From Balanoglossus misakiensis (Eukaryota > Animalia > Hemichordata): 64,000 nucleotides of DNA. The translations under genes were made by a program, and so were the position numbers. The stretch is from contig CM082596.2 of assembly GCA_040954595.2 (NCBI GenBank), forward strand, positions 1,393,854-1,457,853. Direction: 5' to 3'. Position 1 is the first letter of the stretch, and every line of letters begins with the position of its first letter. Positions 11,481 through 24,295 of this stretch are shown piece by piece. The notes below the pieces were generated by a model. The model did not search any database. It saw nothing but the letters and a program-made list of their open reading frames with translations, and was not told the origin of the DNA.

Positions 11481-14400
11481 GTATGTCATTATTGCATATA
11501 CAGTGTATATAACATTTCAAAATGGAAAAGAAAACTGGTTATTGTTTTATCATCAAACAAACGATCTAATGCAGAACTTTCCGGCGTTCCATGCTCAACA
11601 GGTGGTTCCATAATAAATTAAATTACTGATCATTATAATATGGGACAATGACAAAGTCTCCACGTACTAGTCTACCATCGCATATTATTATTAATAATTA
11701 CTTTGATTTCATTATTCTCGAAAGACACAGACAAGTTTTTTCTAATCAACCACAATATGTTCATGCAGTTGCATTCAGATCATTGGCCATGTTTGCTCCC
11801 ATTCCTCAATCGTTAAGCTTAGCCTATTCCCATTCCTGAATCACATGCAAGGATCAAAGTTCGACTCCTTCTAAGTTCCTTTGACTTTGTGTATGGTGAC
11901 TTTTTTCATTTTGTTCAGGCATTTCATTTGTAAGAAGGCCATGACGTTTGGTCATTATAGCCGATAACGGCGGACGTCTACGTCACCGATAACGTTAATT
12001 AAAACGACATTAAAAGCCTATCTGTGACGTTTTCGTTACCAATATTTGGCACAAGTGATGTACATAGCCTACAACCTACGCCTAAAAGTCATAAAATGTT
12101 CAATAAAAGTGTTAATTTTCGAGAGAAAAAATATCAAAAATGCTTTATCGGGGGTATAAATAAGTAGAATTCCTAAAGTTGCCGTCACTGTTATCAACCT
12201 CCACATGTGAACTGGCTTATGAATATTTGCAAAATCTCAAGAGTTGTCACGTTCATTCAAAGTTAATAACTCCCACCTTGTCTACTTTGATAACAATTTC
12301 AATGCAAAGATATGCAACAGAGAACGGCAACGAGTGACCCTTGACTCAGTAGTGCTAATTTTAGCCGGCTCTAGTTCAACTTCGCCCCATTTTTTAAGGC
12401 GTGTGCCAAATTTTATCGTTCAACCACCTGTTGACTTGAGTTAGGCCTATTAAAACCCGAATACTTATACGAGATAATTCGCAGTATTCTAATCAAAAGA
12501 TTTGTCTGTTAATCCCAGTTTTATTTCGTGAAAAGTGGGTATTCAAAGCTACCAGCCAAGTAACAAAGTTTTGTTTTCACTTTAAGAAGATCAAAATACC
12601 AGACACTGTCGCATAAATCCTGCGTGTCCTTTTTGGCCATCACCACCATTGAAATTGAAGTTGACGGATTGGCCATAAGCCGATTTCATCCAGGGTCTAC
12701 AATGTTACGCGGGGACCAGAAGACATTTCATTTGAAATACAACCATAAGAAAATACCTTAAAACGCAACCATTTGACACTTAAGGAAAAAATACATAGGT
12801 CTACACACTTCCTAAGACCATCTCCACAACTTGAAGGAAGATTGGACTCTGATGCCCTGGTTACGTGAGGTGGACGCCCTCTGTAGTCTGATAGACCTCG
12901 ATCAATATATGCATGTTTAGGAAGTGACTTGATTATTACAGATAAGCACTATAGTAAAACGACTACACGTTGTATTTCCCCAAAGAGATATGTTGGATAG
13001 CGAAGTGGAGTGATGCAAATGATAATGTAGTGTGAGAGACAACGAAATCATGGATTTCCGCGGGCCCGATCTCCAACCCCAGGTATGTTTAGGACTTAAA
13101 AATCTTTCGATCCTGTGAAATTTGTGTCGATAATGTGACATTGACTGTTCTGTCATGCAGTGTTATACACACCCATTCAAATTTACCCTCATTGTTAAAG
13201 TGGAGTCTCATGCATGATTCCAGTGGTATGGAGAAAATCGATGGATTTTTAGAGCGCAGCTTTGTGCCAATCCTCCGCGGTATAATTATGTCGAGAGATG
13301 ATGCAATTTATAATGGTAAAACATCTTGAACTTTAAAACGTTCTTTGAATCTTGGCCTTCGAGAGGTTAAAAAGATTTGAAGGTGTCCTTCGTTACGCAA
13401 TTTGTTGTCAATTAACTGTCCCTGCCTAACATCAGCCACTCTGATCATAGTACATTGGCGGCAAACAAGGTACAGAACGACCATAGAAAAATAACAAGAT
13501 GGATCTTTGGTTCCAGGGATGATCTTGTTTTTCATCTTTTCTACGGGGGGGGGGGGGGTATGAAGTGAGCATGCGCAAGCTGTAAGGGAAGACCACAGCA
13601 TAGATAATGATCTTCGATTCATGGTCCATTAATAATCAGATAGAAAACAGTGAAATGAATAGACTGAAAACAAATTTTATGACAGATATAACGCGCATTA
13701 CAAGTGTTTCTTCTGTTTTTGTACTCTTGTAGTGTATGAATGATTTTTTCCTCACGGAAATCGACAAAAATGTTCAGGTGAAGAATTTTAATCACGCTGT
13801 GATTAAAAGTAATATTTTTTCCCGACTGGCTTCACTTTTTGGATGCCTGAGAAATTCGTATAGTCGATTCACAGTTCTAAAGATGATGAATTCTGAGGTT
13901 GACAACTGATGGTGGGTAAACTGGCCATGAATGACGATAGCTGTTCAATAAAACATTGTTTGCACTTGCCAATGGCAAACCCCTTTCTAGGGAAGTCGTT
14001 TCAAAATACAGGAAGCTTGCAGGAAACGAGATAATTATGGTGAAATAAATTAGGTTAGTCAGAAATTCATGCACAAATACGTTCACATTGGATTTAGTAT
14101 TGAGAACAGACATGATATGGGTGGTGTACCTCAGCTTAGGGTGTTTGTCAGATAAACAAAGAATTGAAACAGTTGTGGTATTTACATAACGAGGTTTGTT
14201 TAGGGTAGGTACAGGTAACCTGAAGCCATGCAGAAAATTAACAAACAGATTAAATATTTGGATCAGATTTTGGTGACATGAACACCTGCTCTATTGAATG
14301 GTTGTGTTTAATTCAGTGTGACGGCAGGACTTGACTTAAATTTATTCGTCTAAGCAAGACCGATTGTCTCAACATGCTCTGCATTTGACGTCAGAAGAAA

Positions 14401-17326
14401 AGTGCTCAGTGATGGAATCAGGCCAAGTTATTTAGCCCATGGCAATTTGAGCTTCCGACTGTTTTCAAATTTATTTGTGGTTCTCTTGTGATTTGGAATT
14501 GTGGAGGTGGACTGTATTAACTCTCACCTCCATTTCCTTTTAGAGTGGTCCAACAGTGCTATGGAGAACTATGATATGACATAGAAAATACCAAATCCTT
14601 ATTATTTTGACAAAAACTGTTCAATTAGAATCTGTTTTGGGTACATTTTCATGAAATCATACAGACTTTTTCCTCGAAAGTAGTGAATATTGACATTACA
14701 GCCCTGATAGTTATGAAACTAAGGAAATAGCCACTTTGCAACTCATTAAATGCAGTTTACTGCAATGTCTATATTAGATACTCTACTATGTGGTGCTTTC
14801 TGCAAACTGTGGTTGCTATGCAGCCATGACAGCAGGTGGATGTTTGACATCACTGACCTTTGAACCCTGTAGTCTGCTGTTTGTTTCAAGGAGGGTCAAT
14901 ATTGCTGGAGGCATATAAAAGGAAACCAAAATTGTCTGTGGAAACATTTTTCTGAACTGTTGACTTCTGTTTTTCTGTTAAACCCATCCGGTTTGTACTG
15001 GTTACAACAGTCAGCGTCTATTAAGTCAAACTTTTTATAGAGCAAATCACATCAAAACAGATTGGATCACATGATTCATTAAACAGTCTTGATGGTGTAA
15101 ATTGTTTTTGAGAATAAATGAATGAACAGCCATTTCCTGTCGTCCATCAATTGGCATGATTCAGACAACTTGGAGTATTTCACCAACTTCCCAATGAGAG
15201 AGTTGACGTGACAATTATCATTTCTCATCACAGATGAAGCATAACCATGTTAGTGTCACTTTGATTATGTTGACAAACGTCTCGGTGATATTTCTTGAAA
15301 GGCAGCAGACAACACTTCAGATCTTGACCCATTTATTGACGTATACTCTTTGTGTTTGATTGCCGAAGTTTGGCCGATAAAAAAAACTGCCTGTGGCTAG
15401 TAAATGTAAATTTCATTATCTGAAGAACGTAAAAAAGTAAAGACATGCTGTCTTGTGTGTGGGTCACATTGCATTGCTCACACCTGACTTCAGTCGTGGT
15501 AGAAGACAAGTGATAGCAATCGTCTGCTCTCATGTCGAGTATCGAACGGAGCCAAAAGAGTTACAGAAAACACCTGCAAAGTGAGTTTTATGGCTGTTTT
15601 TAGTATGTTAAGGTTTAATGTGAAGTTTCCAAAGCCACTGTAAATGACACACGTACATCGCTGCGATCAAAGGTATGTGTCCTGGTTTTAAGATGTTGAA
15701 TTCATACATTACACCAATATGATTAAAACAATCTATGGTAAATTGATTGTGGAAGTTTATCGTCAGGATTCAGGTAGCTAGGTTGATACAAAAACAGCAG
15801 TCAGCTAATGGCTGTAGTCAATGGTCGTTGTTTGAATACAGGTGTAATTACAGCCTTTTGTTGCGGACAGGACATACCATGTCATCAATCAAAACAAAGC
15901 CACGTAACAATTATATAATGACTAGACTCTATACCTTTCCAGAAAGCGGAATATTATTTGCACACATTGATTTTATCTGAATAGACTCCTTCATTTTGCC
16001 AGACATGAAATCTGAATAAACACAATTGTTGTATACCAGCAGTCTACATGCTTTTGAAAAACATTTAAAGTCACAAAAGCTGTTGTTAAAAGAGAAAGGA
16101 AAGTGATTTTGGAAACCAGCAGAGGTGGTGTTCAGTTACACTGCAATTGTTGGGTCATATTGCTTTGCTGTACAGAATCTGTGCAATTATGAGAACAAAA
16201 CCGATCATTGATACGTGATATGTTGCCGTAGTAATAAGGACCAAGTAACCTGACTGGGTTTGAGAATGTGGACAGAGGTCAAAGGTTACTCTGTGTTCTT
16301 GAAGGAGGCTGACATACGACGAAACACTTGAGATGAACGTCACCAGAATGTTGTGACGCAAATGAAATATATTCACCATCATAGAAACGGGTAGTTGGAT
16401 GTGTTTCCATGCATTTTGGGGGCCAATACTAGTATGTCAGGGTGACTGAAAAACTTAAGCATTAATAGAGATCCTTTTCTAGAGCATTCTGTTTACCTGA
16501 ATTCACTTGATTTAATAAAAATGTCATCATTGACCAATCAGGTGTACTGTACTGGTCACAGATACCCGTCACAAGTTTGTCTCATTTTACTTGGTGATAT
16601 TATTGTCAATTAAAGTAAGTTTGCTATACTATAATACTCGTAAACTCCTTTACAGCATACATATATAGTTGAGTATTTTTCTTGTCCAGTCGGTTCAACC
16701 CAGTCAACCTCACGTTATTTGATCTGTGCTACCTTTGTAACAATGTCCTGCTGTAAGTTAAATGTTTTGTACATAGGTACGTCAGTGATTCTGCAATGTA
16801 GCGTGCTGTGGAATTCTTTGCTACAATTCCACCATTGTCTGCTCACATTGGCGACACTATAAATAGAGCGTTACACCTGTCTAAATCTCTATGTACATAA
16901 AAGCAGGCGAGGAATGCTGTACGATTTCTACCAAACATATTCAAATTTGAGTTACATTGAGTCGCATTTTATGCTAGCACTATCTCTCTAAATTGCCATT
17001 TAGCACTACTATATTGCTGTCATCTGTTTTAGTAAATATCTGAAGTTTACAAAAAGACAGATGTGTCTTTGTCCGTGCTACTGGGAGTAAAAATTTATTT
17101 GCATACTTATCCCTTAGTATGTAACGTGAAGACCAGCATTGATTGACATTTCAATGGATGGTATTTACGATATCAAATTTGTCTCAAGGCATTCCAATGT
17201 GGTTGAGTAAACATGAATTTGTCGAGTGTCTCTCTGCATGACTGAATTAGCCTAGGTCTAATGATTTCTTTTTATATTTTCAGGGTTGGTGTCGGAGGTC
17301 TCTGGGAAGTGTGACATCATCCAGTC

Positions 17327-20300
17327 ATGGATTCCAACTCAAACAAATTACCGATATTGGATTTCAATAAATTTGTTGATTATGACGACGAAATTCTGAC
17401 AGAATCAGAACTAACAGAGAACAGTGGTGAATATATAGAATATTGGAATGAAAAATGTGAACCCTACAAACGCTCTGATAGTAATGAATTTTCCTTTGAT
17501 GAAGATGACTTTGTAGCAGCACCTACGACAGAGATCTCACAGGGCCAGTATCTGGGTTTGCAACCTGAACAAGAAATTGTGCCAGAGACGACGACAGATT
17601 TCAGATTTATACCAAAACACGGCAGACATCAAAACGACAGAAATGTGAGTGAGTGGTTGGAACACCTAGGTGATCATCAATGGAGTGACGACGGATCTCT
17701 ACAGGAGGAAGAGACAGAAACTTTAAGTGCCAATGATCCGGAAACTCTGGAAGTAAGCGAAGAGGCAACAGTTCGAGCTATTTGTGAGATTCTTGATGCG
17801 GATGAAGCTGGACAATTTGTGAGTGTTGACACAGATGCTGTTGATGTGAGCCCTGAAATTGTGAGTGTAGATACAGATCGACCTGTCTGTGGAGAAAGCA
17901 TACATGAGGATACGCAATCTGTGAATGGAGAATTTGTGAATGCTGATACAGAGACTGTGCATACGGAGAGTGTTGATGTCGATGCAGGAATCGTGTTGGA
18001 CAAAGAAACCACAAATGTGGACTCAGAAACAGTGAACGCAGAAACTGTAGATGTTGATACAGAAAGTGGAAGTCTGCAGAAGGAAAGAGAGAGTGAAGAC
18101 GAAGCAGAAGAAAATCAAGATTCAAGTGATGAGATTCTTGAGGATGATATTGATGACACAGAAGAGATGAATAGAAGAAACTCCACAGAGATGATGTATG
18201 ACCAATTTGAACGAAACCAGTGGCGCAGTCGAAGCCTTCAGATGCCGGTGGTTTCAAGCAGAGAGAGGCACGGTCATTCTCCTGCCCGTGATAGAGGACA
18301 TTCTGCGCATGGAGACAGACATCGCAGAAATTCCACAAGCAGTAGCACCAGTAGCAACAATGTTGACAATGGGAATATGCGCCATGTTTCAGGTAGTCAT
18401 GGCTACCATGGAAATGATCCCAGAATGTCCCACGAGCATCACAATACTCCAAGACAAACACATGATGGCAGTGATAGGAGACATCATCGTAGACGGTCTG
18501 GGGAAAATAGTTCTGCACGGCAACCGTTGTATGTCGAACGTGGAAATAAATCAGCTTTTACCAAAATGGATAATTCTACCCCTAGACATTCCAGCAGTCA
18601 GCCTCATGAAGGGAAGCATAGATCACGTCATGAATATGACAATTTACATCACAAATCTTACAGACGATCAGATACGGGTAGTTCGTCTAGAAGTTCAGAT
18701 TTTGCCGATATTGATTTTGTGCCTCCACGTGCAAGCACACCGCAAGTTGGGAGAACTCGTAACGTGACTTTATACAGGAGCGCAAGCCCAATTGGAGATG
18801 AGTCGATTCAGCGAACACCCACTCCCAGAAGGAACATGAGAACAGCTGATTATGGGGATCGGGGAAATGATTTACGACATGATCAGATCTATCACCATGG
18901 AAACAGGTCATATGACAGAGTGCCAAACCCTGTAGATTCTAACTACAATCAAGTTTCACACAAGATGAATAGAACTTTTCCTCCGTCTTTGGTTTTAGCG
19001 CTTGATTCTTACCGACAGAGGAGAGAGAGATCGCGAGACAGAGAGATGAAAAGTGGGAAGGATTCAGACAATATTATGAAACCCACCAGATGTGCTAGTC
19101 CAAGTCTTGCCAGAGGTCGAAGGTCACCTGTTGTCGAGGTAATCAGACATTCCCTAACAACGGTGCAGGCTGAAGATGTCACTAGGAATTTATCTTACGA
19201 CAAAAATAGATTTCATATCCCTACGTTCGGTGAGTTCAAGGAAATGAGAAAACTGGGAATGCTTCCGGAATATGATGATGGCGTTTCTCATTTAACGAGA
19301 ACGGAAAGTCGACAAAGACAGAATTCTCATCAATTTGTGGGAAAGAATCTTCGGTTAGATTTAGCCAGACTTATTGACACGGATGACTTTCAAAGTTCAT
19401 CTATAGAAACTAGTCCGAGGAGTAGTAAGCACACTGTTGATTCTGACGGGAGTTCTCCAGTGCACACTCCGAGAATCGGATCAGGAAAACGGGAGGAGGA
19501 ACAAAGAGTGAAAGACATCAGACGGACAAACGCTTTACGACAAAAAGTGAAACAAAATGGCGGCCATGTAAGACAGAGCCCTGCACAGAAACATGAATCG
19601 GAGAATACAGGAAGTGCTGAAGTTATCGGCAGCTCCACAAAAGATACCAATGATCTGGTTGATAGTCCAGCTGAGGAAAAGAAGAGTATTTCTACATCCA
19701 GGAGGAAGAAATCTGTGGAACATCAGAATTCTACTGGAAAACCTCCAGTATCATTGGAAATACAGGATGCTACTGGAAAACCTGCAAAAATAGGAAATGA
19801 GGATTGTGGCAGGAAATCTACAAAGACTCTGGAAAAACAAGATTCCATTGAGAAAGTTACAAAAACCAGGGAAGGTAAAGATTCTCCCAGGAAACCTGCA
19901 AAGGACAAACAGGTTCCTGTCAGCGAAGTTACAACAACCAGGGAAAATCAGGATTCTTCCAATAAAACTGTGAAATCTGGAAAAAATAAAGCTCCACCTA
20001 GCAAACTTTCAGAATCGAAGGAAAATGAGGATTCCTCTAACAGGACTGCGAAATCCACAGAAAATATTGATTCTTCTGCCACAACCACGAAATCTGTAGA
20101 AAATCAGGAATCTCCCACCAAAGCTACAGAATCCATGGAAAACGGTGATGGATTAGTTGCGTATCAGGATAAACTGAGACAAATGAAAGAGGAGATTCTC
20201 GGAACGAGGGCCAAGTTTCTAGAAACAGAATTTGGGGATTTTGACAGTGAGGATAAAATTGAGGAAAACTGTGATAATAAGCCAAAAGCAGACGAGTTTC

Positions 20301-23300
20301 TGGAGTCGGATGATAGCGACAGGTTGCCAGGGATACCAGTTAGAAGACGTCTTGCTCTCAAACAGAAACGCTCAAAAGATAAGAATCAGATTTCAGGTAA
20401 AAATTTACTTCCAATTTTTGTTTTTGAAAGATAGTGATTTCAGTTAAGACAAATGTTATAAATCCTGTCTGTTGAGATCTATCACTTACAGTAGAGTCAC
20501 TGAAATTCCAATTTTTTCCACTTTCAGATGAAAACAAGACTCAGGAAGATGAAGTCGATACAGCTGATCCAATAAAGGTAACAACAACAACCAAATGTAT
20601 TTATTTATATTTGTTATGAAAATCAATGCCTGTGTCACTGATACTTGTTTTACTACACTTGACGAAGAAGAGACATTGATGTTAATTCTTTTTGTTTCAG
20701 GATGTGTCTAATGAGAGTTCGGAGAGTGATATTTCCGACAGTGACACAGACACTTGCCGGGAAAACATTCCCCAAGTGACGGAACCCAAAAAGCCGGTTA
20801 AAAAGAAAAGTGTTGGATCAATAATTGCAGAGTATACCAAAAGTAAGTCATTATTCTATGAAATCTTGAATTTTGCAAAATGCTTTTGATTTCATTCTTG
20901 GTGTCAAATTACAATTATCATCTATTTGCCTTCTTCAGTTTTTAGACTGAAAATAGAAAACTGCGGAACACTCAGTCATAGAATCAATAGCTGGTCTTCA
21001 ATCAATAAGAGTAAATACTCCTGAACAATAACTGTTTAATTAGCATTGATTGAAACAATCAATAACCTTTCTTCTGTTTCATATTGATTATGCACACAGA
21101 TACGATGTTAACAAAGTCGGACAATGCTCGAGTCAGGCAAGAAATACAAGAGCTACAATCAGGTTCACAAGATCTAGTAAGTAGACGATGATCAGCCGAT
21201 TATGAGGACATAAAATCCGTCTTTGCAAAAACTCTTCCACTTGGTTTCATCCCTACCTGTCTGTTTATTGATTTTGTCTTTTGGTGAAATTATAACTGAC
21301 AGACTGGTGTGTGTTGTTGTTGTATTTCTTGTGCAAGGCCATGGGAATCAATGTTTGTTTAGCAAAGTCAGGAAGTACAAGAGTCCAAATTTGGTTTTAA
21401 CTTTTCAGGTTGAACAGGAAAGCAGACAGAAACACAGAGATCACGTCCACGTGGCCAGCATTGTGAGTGTCAGTAGTGTAGACAGTGGAATTGGAACCAC
21501 AAATATTACAGATGAAAATAAAGTTATTGCACTGCCAGAGACCAAACAGAACGGAAAGAAAGAAAATGGTGTTGTCAGAAATGACAGTGGTGTTGGATCC
21601 GAGAATGGCGATATTACTTGTGAAGACTGTAGATTGGTATTACAGCTGGATGGGAAACAGTGAGTATAACAATATTCCCTATGGCAACTTCTGATATTTT
21701 TCTGATAGAAAAGATGTGTTCAACATTTCAGAAGTATAACTGGGCATAATTTTCCTTTTTCAGGAGCATGGCAGGATTCACAGTGTGTAGAAAATGTGAG
21801 AAGAGACGCGTTGAAAGAAAAGAAACCATTATGGAAATTGTACAGACGGAGATCAGTTATGGAGATGATTTGAAACTCATTCTGCAAGAATTCTTCCGAC
21901 CGATCAAATCAGCAGCTTTGTTATCTGATGAGCAATTGGATTATGTCTTCTTAAATATTGAGGTAAGCTAATGAAGAACCAATCAAAACACCTGTTCCAT
22001 TTTTGCCTCATGAAGAAAAGTTGCTGACATCACTCAGATTGGTACTCCTCTTTTAAATTTTATTGTGTTTTACTTTTATAGGAATTGGAGAAGTCTAATG
22101 ATAAACTCGCCGATATTTTACAAGATGCTCTTGACTTGGCAGCTGAAGAGGGGGATGAGGTAGGGCTCAAATTTTGGTCAAGTTCATTTTGAAAGAGAAG
22201 GAGAGAGAGACTCATATTCTGATGTGACTTTTAGATTTTGGAGTAAATCAAGAACTCATCCAATAGAAAGTTTATCATAAAGTATAACTTTTTTGTAGGA
22301 CTACACAACTGTCAACTTTGGAAAATTGCTGAAAGACAACATGGATTTGTTTGATCCATTTGAAGAATATTGCATCAACCAGGTATGTCCACATTTCAGA
22401 GAATGAAAAGCATTGACCACAACATGTGTTTTATATTTAACTTATATAGGTTCTACCAGTGACTCGGAATAAATCATGAGTGTTTTTTCCCTTTCCAGGC
22501 CCCAGCCTCTGTGATGCTATCAACTCTGGAAAGTGAGAAAGAATTACTCCGAGTCTTTCTAGAAGTTTCCCAAAAGGAAAACATTCAACTCCGAAAGTTA
22601 CATCTCAAATCTTTCCTGATGGCACCAGTACAAAGGATCACCAAGTGAGTATTTTTCTTCTATTCACTTTCTGCAGCTCATTCTAGTATCTATGTCATTT
22701 CCCCCACTGTCCTAGAGAGCAGTACTCAATGTTTTCATGCGAACAGGCAAATGTTGAACCAGATACATGTAACTATAACCCTAGAAATGTCTTCACGTTT
22801 AGGTATCCATTACTACTCAGTCGTTTGCACAAAACAACACCAGAACATAACGAAGAAGCCACGACCGCAATCAAAGAAGCACAGACACATATCGAAAAGA
22901 TACTGGAACACATCAATGCGGTATGTGTACTTATGATTTTAAGGAGATTGTTGAATAGAAAATACTAATGTCTAACTATCAAGATGCCTACATGTACTTA
23001 ATTTTTTCACACCTGAATTTCTTGTTAATCTGCAGAAAACTCAACGAGTTGTCCTGCCAACTGGAGGCAAATCAAAGAATATCAGAAGATCATTCTCAAA
23101 TTTGTCTCTCAGCTTTAATACCAGTGTGTCTGAACTGAAAAAGGTATGTATTTGTTCTTGGTAGCTTTTCCTTTAAGTTTTAATTCATCCTATTATTTTC
23201 ATTATTTAGATATAAATCATGACATTCCACCAGCTTGTATTGTCAGAAGAGTTCATTGACCAATAGAAAACTAATCCACTTCATGACATTGTTCTCAATT

Positions 23301-24295
23301 CATCCCAACAGCTTTCTCTTGACACCCTCGGCTGGAACAAGGATAATGTCAAGTTTCTGAAAATTGGACGTCTTCAGTGTTCTCAGCCAACCGACCAAAT
23401 GTGGCAGAAAGTTAAGAAGTCTGATTTACAGTTCAAGACTGTTCATGTACTGTTAGTGTTACATGGAGAGGTAGGAAATTCTAGGCTCTTGTCAAATGAG
23501 AGGATCAGAAATTTCTATTTGTCATTTATTTTGTCACTTTGATACGAATCACTGACTCTATTTCCCTGTCAAATTTCTCCAGAATATACAGAATTATAAA
23601 CCACCTGATGAGGATGAAGATGATGACAGACTTCAGTTTCCTAGAAACGGTGTTGTCCGACAAGGTGCCTTGGTGATATTTAGAGACAGAACAAATGAGA
23701 AATTTACACTTCACAGGGTAAGTGAATTTAATTATGGTCACAGATCCATCTCATATCAACTTTGAATGTCCAGACCAATGGACTCTTGTTTGATTGGTTC
23801 ATTTCAAACATGTGACATTTTCTGCATCCCTGATTGGTGTACATGTACTACTGTCAGCATGTATTTACTAAACACAGAAAATATCCACATTTACAGGATC
23901 CCTTGATGCTTGACAAGTGTGTGGTTTCCTCTGAACTGGGAATTGAAGAGCTCTTTGAAGTCATTGACATGGGATCTAACGACATCACGGTTTTCAAGGT
24001 GAATGTTAGCATGAGAAAGTCATTGAGTATCAGACAAGTTTCCCATTGCACTGTCAACAATTTTCTAGAGTTGTGAAACTGCTGTTATGAAATTATGTTT
24101 GATTAATTTGAGTTATTAACTTCTGTTTTAAGAGAGTTAAAGAAAAATGTTTTTATTTTGTTGCAGACCGACAATATCAAAGAAACTGGCAAATGGATAC
24201 GATACATTCGTCATCAAACGCAAAATCTGGGAGGATGGAGACGACGTAGAAATGCTCTAGCCAATATTATGATTACAAGCATGGTGAGGGCTTGA
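17327..24295 (+). CDS. Dbl-family Rho guanine nucleotide exchange factor (long disordered N-terminus, CxxC/CxxC motif, DH, PH), about 16 coding exons
   Basis: Giant exon 17284-20396. DH signatures are ERKETIMEIVQTEISYGDDLKLILQEFF, LHLKSFLMAPVQRITK/YPLLLSRLHKTTP and AQTHIEKILEHINA. The PH-like tail ends ...KWIRYIRHQTQNLGGWRRRRNALANIMITSMVRA* (TGA 24293-24295). The ortholog is not named with confidence. Confidence 0.9.

Noticed and set aside
11820-11875. tRNA B-box-like GTTCGACTCC
   Set aside because: No A-box at a suitable spacing and no cloverleaf.
17677-20361. Multiple antisense and alternate-frame ORFs over the RhoGEF giant exon
   Set aside because: Shadow ORFs caused by the codon bias of the real frame.
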